A DNA stretch of 52,736 nt from an uncultured Candidatus Saccharibacteria bacterium (GCA_964440955.1 CAYTTP010000004.1:1-52736); one strand, 5' to 3'. Shown: positions 1 to 9,090, numbered from the stretch's first letter. Numbers and translations are program-made. Notes: a model not told the origin generated them from the letters alone.

Positions 1-73
1 GCGCGGTTAGCTCAGTTGGTAGAGCATCCCCTTGACGTGGGGAGGGTCAGAGGTTCGAGTCCTCTATCGCGCA
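1..73 (+). tRNA. tRNA-Val (anticodon GAC); CCA not encoded
   Basis: Cloverleaf folded by eye: acceptor 1-7/66-72, D stem 10-13/22-25, anticodon stem 27-31/39-43 with loop TTGACGT, T stem 49-53/61-65 with loop TTCGAGT, discriminator A73. Confidence 0.9.
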
Positions 74-80
74 CAAATTG
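56..80 (+). repeat. Direct repeat copy 1 (CGAGTCCTCTATCGCGCACAAATTG): T loop to 3' end of tRNA-Val plus 7 nt
   Basis: Identical 25-mer recurs at 222-246. Confidence 0.95.
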
Positions 81-221
81 AACGCCAGTGAAATTTGGGT
101 GCGATAAGCAAACCAAACTGCTTTGGTTTGCGTGAGGACTCGAAGGCCGGAGCCATGTTGAGCGAAGCGAAACAGGCGAGGCGGGATCGCGGAAATTTTG
201 TGCAACAAAATTATTCGTGAC

Positions 222-246
222 CGAGTCCTCTATCGCGCACAAATTG
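222..246 (+). repeat. Direct repeat copy 2 of the tRNA-Val 3' end
   Basis: Perfect 25/25 match to 56-80; no T-stem 5' strand upstream, so not a second complete tRNA. Confidence 0.95.
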
Positions 247-510
247 GATAACTATATCTCACTATAATATTTTGCTGTTATGTAATTTTTTGTAAAATTT
301 TGCATTTTTTGAGGAAAATAGAGTAAAAATAGGCAAAAATTGGTGTGTGGATAACTCTATTTGCTCTTTTTGACAAGCGGGAGTATTTTATTGTTAGTTG
401 ATATTCTTGGGTAATTTTAGAGCAATAATGCTTTTTGCTGGTCGATTTAAGATGCTCAAAAATCTTCAAAATTTCTGTTCATTGTAATTATAAAATTTAA
501 TATAAAAAAT

Positions 511-1122
511 ATGAAAAAGATCTTAGTAAGCTTGAGTGCTGTGCTCGGAGTAGTAGCTCTTGTTTCAGGAGCTACTTACGCTGCGTTCTCTGCTACAGTA
601 AATATCACTGGTAACACAATTTCTACGGCTACTGTTTCGCTTGGTACTAATGGCTTGATCTAGAAACCAATCGGTGGTGCTGATGCTCAAAATATGCTAC
701 CTGGTCAATATACTCTACCAGGAAGAGCTGGCATATATAATACAAGTTCAATACCGTTGAAGTTGTATATGAAAACCGAATCTCTATCTGATACCTCTCC
801 TACAGGTATCTGTGCCAATACTTTATTATCTGTATACACAGGCAATGCTGGTGTAACCCCAACTACTGATAGCAATGGAAAGATTGTGAGTGGTGCATTT
901 GACGAAGCCCAAAGGGAAGTAGTCACAAAATCAGTACTTGACTGGTCAACCGATCCTGCCGTTGAATTGACTGGAACTGTTCCATTTCAAACAGTTCAAG
1001 CAAACTGGACACAAGTCATTTGGCAACAAGCCCAGTTGAGTCCAAGTGCTGGCAATGAATTACAAAATTCATCATGCACATGGAATGAAGTATTTATAGG
1101 AGAAACTGAAGTAGAAAGCTAG
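511..1122 (+). pseudogene. TasA/camelysin-like secreted protein with SipW-type signal peptide, interrupted by in-frame TAG at 661-663
   Basis: ATG 511 reads MKKILVSLSAVLGVVALVSGATYAAFSATVNITGNTISTATVSLGTNGLI, then TAG. The same frame continues KPIGGADAQNMLPGQY into the 694-1122 ORF. The A-x-F-S-x-T motif after the hydrophobic segment recurs in the 1720 gene; a SipW-type peptidase is adjacent. Confidence 0.6.
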
Positions 1123-1171
1123 TTGTTCTACCGATCGTCCAATTGGTTGGGCGATCAATTAGGATAATTAT

Positions 1172-1723
1172 ATGAAAAAAATATTTAAAATTTTGGGTGC
1201 TACTCTCGTTACTCTGCTTATCTTGCTCGTAGTTTTGATTATCGTCTCCTTTGTTTCTCTCCCTGGTGATTTTAAAGTTTTCAATGTTCTTACTGGTTCG
1301 ATGGAACCCGCCATCAAAGCGGGCAGTATGGTCGTCGTAAGTAAAGAGGATAGTTATAAAATAAACGACATAGTGACTTTTGGTGGAGACAAATCAACCC
1401 CACCGACTACTCATCGTATCGTAGAGATGAAGCTTGAGAGCGGAGAGAGTGTCTTTATTACAAAAGGTGATGCCAACCAAAGTCAAGATTTGACACCCAT
1501 CAGGCAAAATGTGATCATCGGCAAAGTGATATTCACGATCCCCTTCATTGGGAAAATCGTCGGCTTCGCCAAAACACCTATTGGGTTTGGGGTTTTGGTA
1601 CTAGTGCCGTCTATAATCTTCGTATATGAAGAGATAAAAAAGATCGGGCGAGAGATTTCAAAACTAAAAAAAGGTAAGGATTTGACTGATAACCCAAATA
1701 AAACAGAAGAAACAATCCAATGA
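1172..1723 (+). CDS. Signal peptidase I, ER/archaeal (SipW-like) type
   Basis: N-terminal TM segment, LTGSMEPAIKAGSMVVV serine motif, TTHRIV histidine motif, C-terminal TM; stop overlaps next start (ATGA at 1720-1723). Confidence 0.8.
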   Translation: MKKIFKILGATLVTLLILLVVLIIVSFVSLPGDFKVFNVLTGSMEPAIKAGSMVVVSKEDSYKINDIVTFGGDKSTPPTTHRIVEMKLESGESVFITKGDANQSQDLTPIRQNVIIGKVIFTIPFIGKIVGFAKTPIGFGVLVLVPSIIFVYEEIKKIGREISKLKKGKDLTDNPNKTEETIQ

Positions 1724-3267
1724 GAAAAATAACCTCTATAATCTGTTTGCTTTCAATCATTCTTTACCCAAGTTTCTTTTTGGTTAATGACACAGCGGCG
1801 CGATTTTCTGACACGGTCACTGTACCCAACAATCAAATATCGACCGGAAACCTAACACTTGATGTGGATTGGGGGGTATTCTCGCCATCAATCTTGACTC
1901 AAGGTGCTTCAACGACTCGTACTCTTACGATCAAAAATACCGGTACAGGCAATGTTAAATATAGGTTATTTGGTGAAAATCTAGACCCTGTATCTTGCGA
2001 TATGTGGCTTGCCGCGGTCGTCAAAGTAAATGGAGTAATCGAGTATGACAGCGAAGATGATATTGAAACAATAAACACTCCTCGCGAACTTGATGCAGGA
2101 GACACTGATATTATCGATATCGAAATAGGTCTTGCTGACAATGACCCTCAAGATCAAAACAAGTCTTGTGATTATTTGGCTAATATCAAGGCTTGGCAGG
2201 AAGGATTTGCGGAAGATAGTGGTGGTTTTACTTACGAAACTTCAACTACATATACGATAAATACTGGTTCTTGGGTAGTGTTACCATCAGCTCCTCCAGT
2301 AGTCGAACCAAACGTGGTGATAAATGAAATAATGTGGATGGGAAGCCGTTTTGATACTGGAGTTGCAAATGGTGGTGATGAATGGATCGAGCTCTACAAC
2401 CCAAGCTCCCAACCAGTCGATATAAGTGGCTGGAAAATTGAAAACATAATGACTACGAATAGTATACTCATCATTCCAAATGGTTCGATAATCCCAGCGG
2501 GCGGTTATTTCATGATATCAAGATATGAAAATACGCACAGCAGTTCACTTACTTTACCTATACCAAACTTGTTTGAGAGCAGCCTATCAATAGTCGACAG
2601 CTACTTAACCAATGGGGCAATAATACTTAAAGACCTATCAGATACAGTAGTAGACTCTACACCAACCCCAACCGGAAGTGCTTGGACAGTCGGTATAAAT
2701 GATTCATCACCATACAGAAAGTGGTCAATGGAAAGAAACTTGGTACCAGGTGATGGTAGTTTGGCTACAAGTTGGCATACTTGCGATAGAGACAATATGA
2801 GCCCTACCGATTTGACTCTCATGAAAACATATTGGAAATCAAATGCTCAAAACTACAATTGCGGTACACCAATGGCTCCAAACCTCTCCTACAACGACCC
2901 AACCGCTCCTGATTATAAAGGTGGGGGTAGTGTCGAGGACAAAAGCAGTCAGACTGACTCTGATGAGGAAACAGACTCCCAAGAGACTGTTCCAGAAGAA
3001 GAAAATAATGATAGTACTCAAACTGAACAAAATGAGGAACCAAATGATAGTGAAGAGGTCGACCAAATTGATGAACAAGATGTCACAGATACAAACCAAA
3101 CCAATGATGACATAGGTGAACAAAGCGAAAACCAAAACGAACCAGAGGAGACTCAGACTCAAGTAGATGATAACAATGAAGCGAGCGAGGTAGTCGAAAC
3201 CCAAACAGAACAACCACCAGTTGAAGTGTCCACTCCTGAAGTTGAAGTAACACCTCCTCAAGAATAA
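1720..3267 (+). CDS. Secreted protein: SipW-type signal peptide, lamin-tail domain (LTD), acidic low-complexity C-terminal tail
   Basis: N-terminus NDTAARFSDTVTVPNNQISTGNLTLD; LTD-like VVINEIMWMGS...DEWIELYNPSSQPVDISGWKI; last ~130 aa rich in D/E/Q/T/N. Confidence 0.7.
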   Translation: MRKITSIICLLSIILYPSFFLVNDTAARFSDTVTVPNNQISTGNLTLDVDWGVFSPSILTQGASTTRTLTIKNTGTGNVKYRLFGENLDPVSCDMWLAAVVKVNGVIEYDSEDDIETINTPRELDAGDTDIIDIEIGLADNDPQDQNKSCDYLANIKAWQEGFAEDSGGFTYETSTTYTINTGSWVVLPSAPPVVEPNVVINEIMWMGSRFDTGVANGGDEWIELYNPSSQPVDISGWKIENIMTTNSILIIPNGSIIPAGGYFMISRYENTHSSSLTLPIPNLFESSLSIVDSYLTNGAIILKDLSDTVVDSTPTPTGSAWTVGINDSSPYRKWSMERNLVPGDGSLATSWHTCDRDNMSPTDLTLMKTYWKSNAQNYNCGTPMAPNLSYNDPTAPDYKGGGSVEDKSSQTDSDEETDSQETVPEEENNDSTQTEQNEEPNDSEEVDQIDEQDVTDTNQTNDDIGEQSENQNEPEETQTQVDDNNEASEVVETQTEQPPVEVSTPEVEVTPPQE

Positions 3268-3270
3268 ACC

Positions 3271-4398
3271 ATGAAAAACATAAAAATAAAAACAATTTTG
3301 CTTGCACTTGCTTGGGCTTCATCTTTTGGTGTGGCTACAGCACAAACTCCGTCGCTCACGGCTACATTTAGCGCGACCCCTCTTTTTACAATTGAAAACT
3401 TTGTACCGGGAGCCAAAAGTGAGGCGTGGGTCAACATAAACAACAATTCGGAGAGCGAAAAGAGCGCTTATATTGAAGCTTATAATGTAACCAATCCGGA
3501 CAATCTCGCCAGCCAAATGCGTTTTAGAATTTTTGAAAACGAAATTGAACTGTACGACGAAAACTTCCAGACATTTTTGAATGCTGGACCAGTATCACTC
3601 TCCTCGATCGCTCCTGACTCTTCAAAAAAATACGACCTAGAAATAACTTTTCTCTCTACTGCCAGCAATGAATTCGAATCGAAGACTCTAGGTTTTGACC
3701 TTTGCGTCGCTTTTTGGGGTGGAGAAATACGATGTACAAGTGCTGAAGTGGGTGAAGAGCAGAGTACTTCTGGGAGTGGTGGTGGAGGAGGGGGAGGTAG
3801 TGGCCTATCAGGCGGGCGTCACCTTATAATTTCAAACGAAGGGATCGGGGAGATGTATTTAACGGGAACACCTGCTTCTGGTAATGCAATAGTCACTTGG
3901 GATACCAATATTCCAGCAACTACACAGGTTATTTATGGCCCAGCAGACCAAACATATACTCTTGATATAAATATATTGCCGGGAATGGGTTATCCGTTTG
4001 CGACAGAGGAAATAATGTCGAAAACGACCGACCACTTGATCATTTTAAACGATCTCACTCCCGGTCAAACTTATGTTTATCGAGTAGTTTCTCGTGCATC
4101 ACCACCATCAGTAAGCTTTGAAGGCAAGTTTACTGTGCCGGGGACTTTGGCAGTTGCAGCTCAAAATGATTTGGGGGGTACAGGGTCTGTCCTTGGTGCA
4201 TCAACCAAAACTAGCTCGGGTATCAGCACAACTACCGCGACCACTACCAAAAATGACAACGCTTTGAATGATTTGGCAAATGTGTTAAAATCTGACGGTT
4301 GGGGTACCTTCCCGGGATACCTCTGGTGGCTACTGCTAATAATCCTCATACTCTACATCATTTGGCGAAGCCGAAAGAAAAAACAAGACCGGGTCTAG
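3271..4398 (+). CDS. Secreted, membrane-anchored protein: TasA-like N-domain, Gly-run linker, FN3-like domain, C-terminal TM anchor
   Basis: Signal peptide ending ATAQ, SGSGGGGGGGSGLSGG linker, AIVTWDTNIPATTQVIYGP...LTPGQTYVYRVVS, C-terminal WWLLLIILILYIIW followed by RSRKKK. Confidence 0.6.
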   Translation: MKNIKIKTILLALAWASSFGVATAQTPSLTATFSATPLFTIENFVPGAKSEAWVNINNNSESEKSAYIEAYNVTNPDNLASQMRFRIFENEIELYDENFQTFLNAGPVSLSSIAPDSSKKYDLEITFLSTASNEFESKTLGFDLCVAFWGGEIRCTSAEVGEEQSTSGSGGGGGGGSGLSGGRHLIISNEGIGEMYLTGTPASGNAIVTWDTNIPATTQVIYGPADQTYTLDINILPGMGYPFATEEIMSKTTDHLIILNDLTPGQTYVYRVVSRASPPSVSFEGKFTVPGTLAVAAQNDLGGTGSVLGASTKTSSGISTTTATTTKNDNALNDLANVLKSDGWGTFPGYLWWLLLIILILYIIWRSRKKKQDRV

Positions 4399-4399
4399 T

Positions 4400-4900
4400 A
4401 TGAAAAACTTTTTTCAAAAATACAAAACAGCCCTGATCGTCGGGGTTGTTGTCTTTATACTATGCTTCCCTCTGGTTGGTGGCAAAGTTATCGATACCCT
4501 TTCAGCTATTTATGCTTCAGTACTTGTAAAATTGACCAACGAAGACAGGGTAGCCAAAAATATAAGTGAACTCACAGTAAACCCTCTGCTCGAAAAGGCT
4601 GCTCAAATGAAAGCCGATGATATGGCAGCTAAAGGTTATTTTTCACACACGACTCCTGATGGAAAGAGTCCTTGGTATTGGGTTTTGAAAGCAGGCTACA
4701 CCTACCTCTATGCCGGTGAAAATTTGGCAGTCAACTTTGAAAACAGTGAGGATGTAGAAAGAGCCTGGATGAATTCGGAGACTCATCGCCTCAATATAAT
4801 GAACCCAAAATATACTGAAGTTGGCATTGCCACCTCAACTGGTATTTACAAAGGCCGGCCAGCGGTTTTTGTCGTTCAGATGTTTGGTACACCTCTCTAA
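4400..4900 (+). CDS. CAP/SCP (YkwD-like) domain protein with N-terminal TM or signal segment
   Basis: NPLLEKAAQMKADDMAAKGYFSHTTPDGKSPW...AGENLA...AWMNSETHRLNIMNPKYTEVGIA. Confidence 0.7.
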   Translation: MKNFFQKYKTALIVGVVVFILCFPLVGGKVIDTLSAIYASVLVKLTNEDRVAKNISELTVNPLLEKAAQMKADDMAAKGYFSHTTPDGKSPWYWVLKAGYTYLYAGENLAVNFENSEDVERAWMNSETHRLNIMNPKYTEVGIATSTGIYKGRPAVFVVQMFGTPL

Positions 4901-4940
4901 CCCCTCTTAAAATAACCTGTCCAAACGGTGATATGTTATA
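4897..4940 (-). repeat. Degenerate copy of the C-rich palindromic repeat family
   Basis: CTAACCCCTCTTAAAATAA ... GGTGATAT resembles the 32108-32142 copy but lacks the second stem arm. Confidence 0.3.
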
Positions 4941-4942
4941 AT
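4934..4942 (+). promoter_or_regulatory. Extended -10 box TGtTATAAT, 7 nt before the trxB ATG (candidate leaderless promoter)
   Basis: TGTTATAAT-ACCCCAC-ATG read directly; no SD. Confidence 0.5.
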
Positions 4943-4949
4943 ACCCCAC

Positions 4950-5864
4950 ATGTATGAACTTATAATCATAGGGGGTGGACCAGCCGCTTCAGCGGCCGGA
5001 GTGTATGCGGCACGCAAACAAATAAAGACTGCCTTAATAACCGAAAGTTTTGGTGGACAGAGTATTGAGTCAGAGGAAATCCAAAACTGGGTCGGAACAG
5101 TTGCAATTTCTGGTATGGAGCTTGCTAAAAATTTGAAAAATCACGTCAAGCATTATGCCGGAAGTTTTGTAGATGTAAAAGAAGGTGAGCGAGTTTCTAA
5201 AATTTCAAAAAGTGAAAATAGTTTTTTGGTAGAAACTAGCAAGGGCTCTTATCAAACAAAAACAGTATTGATAGCGACTGGCAGTAGTCGCCGCAAGCTC
5301 GACGTGCCCGGAGCAAAGGAGTTTGAGGGTAGGGGTATAACCTACTGTGCTTCGTGTGATGGGCCGTTTTTTGAAGGACAGGATGTAGTAGTGGTTGGTG
5401 GAGGCAACGCTGGCTTTGAGTCAGCCTTACAACTTTTGGCCTATTGTAAGAGCGTTACCCTTATTGCTCGCAACGAATTTAAAGCTGACCCAGTGACTAT
5501 CGAAAAGACAAAACAAAACTCCAAATTTAGAGGTATCGAGCACGCAGAACCAGTGGAAATAAAAGGTGATAAAACAGCAAACGTCCTTGTATACAAAACC
5601 AAAGCAGGGGAGATGGGGGAAATAGCAACTAACGGCATTTTTGTAGAGATAGGGCACTTCCCCGCTACCTCATTTGTTGAAGGTCTTGTTGAAATGAACG
5701 GAGCTAAAAATATTGTCATTAATCACAAAAATCAGCGCACAAGCCTAAATGGTATTTGGGCGGCGGGGGATTGTACTGACGTTTTGTATCACCAAAACAA
5801 TATCGCCTCGGGTGATGCTGTCAAAGCTCTGGAGGATATTTATTTGGAATTAAAGAGAATGTAG
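4950..5864 (+). CDS. trxB: Thioredoxin-disulfide reductase
   Basis: IIIGGGPAASAAGVYAAR FAD motif, CASCDG redox motif, VVVVGGGNAGFESA NADPH motif, 304 aa. Confidence 0.85.
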   Translation: MYELIIIGGGPAASAAGVYAARKQIKTALITESFGGQSIESEEIQNWVGTVAISGMELAKNLKNHVKHYAGSFVDVKEGERVSKISKSENSFLVETSKGSYQTKTVLIATGSSRRKLDVPGAKEFEGRGITYCASCDGPFFEGQDVVVVGGGNAGFESALQLLAYCKSVTLIARNEFKADPVTIEKTKQNSKFRGIEHAEPVEIKGDKTANVLVYKTKAGEMGEIATNGIFVEIGHFPATSFVEGLVEMNGAKNIVINHKNQRTSLNGIWAAGDCTDVLYHQNNIASGDAVKALEDIYLELKRM

Positions 5865-5866
5865 GC

Positions 5867-7078
5867 CTATTTCAGCTTACTACGGCGCAAAAAGGCTGGT
5901 ACGGCACCCCATTCGTCATCGTCATCAATAATATTTTGTTTTTTAGCTTCTTCTTTTTCCTCGACTACTTCAGGTTGAACAGGAGTTGGTGTAGGTGGAG
6001 GGACTTCCTTGCGCTCTTCGCGACCAAAAACAGTATTAAAAATCTTTCCTTTTGGGGTCTCGTCCTCTTTTGAATTGTCTAGGCCACCAAACTTGTCACC
6101 AAAAAAAGCTTTGGTAACTGCCGACTCTGGGAATCCAGAAGCGATAACAGTGATCTTGATTTCGCCTTTTTTGAGCTTTTCGTCTTTGACGGTACCAAAA
6201 ATGATTTTGGCATTTGGGTCAACCGAGTCAGTGATAAATTTTGCGGCGTCATGTATTTCAAACATAGTAAGGTCGCTACCGCCAGCAATAGAGAAGAGTA
6301 CACCGCGCGCACCGTTTATTGATACTTCCAAAAGTGGGGAATTAATAGCGAGTTTCGCTGCTTCTTCAGCTCGCTTTTCGCCACTAGCTCTACCTATACC
6401 CATAAGAGCACCGCCTGCGCCTTCCATGACTGCACGAATATCAGCAAAGTCGATATTGATAGTACCTGGCATAGTGATAAGGTCGGAAATACCCTCAACC
6501 GCCTGCTTCAATATATCGTCACACATAGCAAAAGCGTTGTCGGCTAAAGTATCCTTATTGATTGATGCGAGGATACGGTTGTTTGGGATCACGATGAGAG
6601 CATCAACTGATTGGCGAAGCTCTTCAAGTCCTGCCTCCGCGAGTCGCATACGCTGTTGACCTTCAAAAGAGAATGGTTTGGTAACTACAGCGACTGTAAG
6701 CGCTCCAAGCTCTTTGGCGGTGCGAGCAATGACCGGGGCCGCGCCAGTACCAGTGCCACCCCCCAAACCACAAGCAATGAAAACCATGTCAGCTCCTTTA
6801 AGCGCCTCTTGCACTTCCTCTTTGGTTTCTTCGACTGCGCGTTTGCCAAGCTCTGGGTTCATACCAGCACCAAGACCGCGCGTGAGGTTTTTGCCGATAT
6901 GGATTTTCTTTTTTGCCTCGGAATGATGCAAATCTTGAGCGTCGGTATTGACGGCAATAAAATCAACGCCTCGAACTTTCGAGTTGATCATATGGTTGAC
7001 GGCGTTTTTGCCCGAGCCGCCCACTCCGACTACCTTGATTCTTGCAAATGCTTCCACTTCTGGCTTGATTTGAGGCAT
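5867..7078 (-). CDS. ftsZ: Cell division GTPase FtsZ
   Basis: [28 protein letters not shown] tubulin signature, C-terminal linker and conserved tail. Confidence 0.97.
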   Translation of the reverse strand: MPQIKPEVEAFARIKVVGVGGSGKNAVNHMINSKVRGVDFIAVNTDAQDLHHSEAKKKIHIGKNLTRGLGAGMNPELGKRAVEETKEEVQEALKGADMVFIACGLGGGTGTGAAPVIARTAKELGALTVAVVTKPFSFEGQQRMRLAEAGLEELRQSVDALIVIPNNRILASINKDTLADNAFAMCDDILKQAVEGISDLITMPGTINIDFADIRAVMEGAGGALMGIGRASGEKRAEEAAKLAINSPLLEVSINGARGVLFSIAGGSDLTMFEIHDAAKFITDSVDPNAKIIFGTVKDEKLKKGEIKITVIASGFPESAVTKAFFGDKFGGLDNSKEDETPKGKIFNTVFGREERKEVPPPTPTPVQPEVVEEKEEAKKQNIIDDDDEWGAVPAFLRRSKLK

Positions 7079-7195
7079 GGTTTAAATAATGGTTAATTGG
7101 TCAATTACCTTAATCGTACCAGAGCCAAAACCAAAAAACAAAGCTTGTTTTATAAACAAAATATGTCATAAAACTCGTCACTATACTGCATAAAC

Positions 7196-7236
7196 AAAAG
7201 CCGCCAACAGGAGTGTTGAGGCTCTTGTTGGCGGTG
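7196..7236 (-). terminator. Intrinsic terminator of the 7242-7838 orphan gene
   Basis: CCGCCAACA (7201-7209) pairs with TGTTGGCGG (7226-7234); on the minus strand the stem is followed by CTTTTGTTT. Confidence 0.6.
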
Positions 7237-7241
7237 GGGGA

Positions 7242-7838
7242 TCAGAAGTAGAGGGATCGCCTGAATAACTGATCGACGGACTCATCCGGAAGATAGGGGA
7301 TTGTCGTCCAATCATTCGGCATTAGGTACTTATCTCCCAAAACGGTTCTTACGGCCGTCCCCCCAAGTAAGCGGACCTTGAGATTGCCCTGATGGAGCAT
7401 AAATTCGAGGTTCGCTACGCGATCCATCTTTCCGCTCTGATCAGAGAAGCTCGTCCTGAATCTTGCGCGAGGGAGATTCTTGATCAGAAACGTGTCAACA
7501 GAAAACTCCCACGGGGTAGTGGGGATAACCCAAACCGAATCGGTTATATCCCACCCTTTGAAGTTGATGCCAAACTTCTTGTAAAATTTGTCGCAATAAC
7601 GATCGTGGAAGGCATTGTAAGCCTCCTTCCCGCCTGTTATTTCGCAGGTGAAGCAGATCCCCATCTGGTCTCTGGAACACCGGCGTACGGTGACACTCGT
7701 ATACCTGTAGGGATCCTCAGCGACCAACTCGCGGGCAACTGTCAGAAGATCTCCCACATGGATCGTGTCTGCAAACTTCCAGATTCCTTGGACCACGTCA
7801 AACGTGGGCCGATCAGACTGCACACTAACTCCAGTCAT
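7242..7838 (-). CDS. Orphan protein (198 aa, Cys/His-containing) inserted between ftsA and ftsZ
   Basis: Uninterrupted ORF with own TTGACA-N17-TATTCT promoter, AAGGAG SD 7 nt before the ATG and own terminator; no family recognised. Confidence 0.6.
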   Translation of the reverse strand: MTGVSVQSDRPTFDVVQGIWKFADTIHVGDLLTVARELVAEDPYRYTSVTVRRCSRDQMGICFTCEITGGKEAYNAFHDRYCDKFYKKFGINFKGWDITDSVWVIPTTPWEFSVDTFLIKNLPRARFRTSFSDQSGKMDRVANLEFMLHQGNLKVRLLGGTAVRTVLGDKYLMPNDWTTIPYLPDESVDQLFRRSLYF

Positions 7839-7892
7839 ACACTGACTCCTTAAATTGAAGTGAAATGAACACAGGTTTCCCTGCTCTTCTGT

Positions 7893-7921
7893 AGAATACA
7901 GACAATATATCTAAATGTCAA
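7893..7921 (-). promoter_or_regulatory. Sigma70-like promoter TTGACA-N17-TATTCT for the orphan gene; the -35 box overlaps the ftsA stop codon
   Basis: Minus strand reads ccTTGACAtttagatatattgtctgTATTCTacag. Confidence 0.5.
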
Positions 7922-9090
7922 GGCAGGAATTGCTTCACGAATTTGGAGATGGTAAGAAGGAGGTTTTTGCCGTGTTTTTTGAGACCAAGGATTTCTTCAT
8001 CTTCGGGCGAATTGCCCATAATGCAAAGCCCGTAGGCGACCGACCATGAGGAGTCTTTGATTTGAAATTTGCCGTTTGAAATATTGAGCGAAGCAATACG
8101 CGACGGCAGTCGCAAATAGGTACGAGCAAGCTCTTCGACAGAGGTGATAGATGACGAACCACCGGTGATAATGATACCAGCCGGCAAAAGACCAGAGCGG
8201 CCAATTTTTTTGAGATGTAGTTCGACAAGTTCAAAAATATCATTGAGTCTTGCGGAAACTATTTCCTCCAACTTCTTTTTTGAAACATTGAGCGAAGTGA
8301 CACTTCCCAGTTTGATCGACTCGGCCTCTTCAAGCGAGATTTTGAGACCAAGAGCGATGTCATTTGTTATATCACTTCCACCGATCGGGAAAACCTCAAG
8401 CGAAACAGGGATATTGTTTTCAAAAACAACAATTGAACAGGTTTCTGCACCGATATTCGCAAGTACACAACCAGCAATTTTTTGGCTTTTGGAAAGAGTG
8501 ACAAAGGAGGCGGCGATAGGTGAGGCGACGACATCAATCACTTCGACCCCGCTCTCCTCAATTGCTTCAATGAGATCATCCAAATGAGGTTCAATACAGC
8601 TTATAAAAAGCGCCTTCACTTCGAGCTTTACTCCACGTGTACCAAGCACCCTCCCAAGGGAAACTTTGCCGTCAACCTTCCAGAGAGTGGGGATAGAGTT
8701 TATTATTTTGCGGTTTTGGATAAGGGGTGGCGGTATTGACTCTTCGGCGTTTTGTAGAGCTTGGTCCATGTCGGCCTCGGTTACCTCTTGGTCAGCCCGA
8801 GCAACAATGGTAGAACCTTGGGAATTGACACTTGAAAGGCCGACACCACCTATCGAGACATAAGCCCTTTTGACATTGACACCAGAAGTCTTTTCGGCTT
8901 GGCGCAGGGCAATACTGACACATTTGGTGACGTCGGCAATATTTAAAATATAACCGTGACGCAAACCTTTCGATTCGGCCCGACCAGTACCCAAAATAAT
9001 CGGAAGTGAGTTTTCGTTTTGCTTTTCAGCGATCACTACACGTACTTCATAAGTACCTACGTCTATACCGACTGTAATACGTGCGCTCAT
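7918..9090 (-). CDS. ftsA: Cell division protein FtsA
   Basis: MSARITVGIDVGTYEVRVV actin-fold start, ...IIITGGSS...; start taken at ATG 9090 (ATG 9111 also possible). Confidence 0.9.
   Translation of the reverse strand: MSARITVGIDVGTYEVRVVIAEKQNENSLPIILGTGRAESKGLRHGYILNIADVTKCVSIALRQAEKTSGVNVKRAYVSIGGVGLSSVNSQGSTIVARADQEVTEADMDQALQNAEESIPPPLIQNRKIINSIPTLWKVDGKVSLGRVLGTRGVKLEVKALFISCIEPHLDDLIEAIEESGVEVIDVVASPIAASFVTLSKSQKIAGCVLANIGAETCSIVVFENNIPVSLEVFPIGGSDITNDIALGLKISLEEAESIKLGSVTSLNVSKKKLEEIVSARLNDIFELVELHLKKIGRSGLLPAGIIITGGSSSITSVEELARTYLRLPSRIASLNISNGKFQIKDSSWSVAYGLCIMGNSPEDEEILGLKKHGKNLLLTISKFVKQFLP

Noticed and set aside
278-469. 63-aa ORF on the minus strand in the AT-rich spacer after tRNA-Val, and the 76-aa ORF at 12-242 (-) over the tRNA
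   Set aside because: One lies in very AT-rich, low-complexity DNA without start signals. The other is antisense to a tRNA and its duplicated 3' end.
9047-9090. The 44-nt ybeY/ftsA overlap as a sign of frameshift or misassembly
   Set aside because: Both proteins are intact through their conserved motifs. The overlap depends on which ftsA start is used and is compatible with a compact genome.
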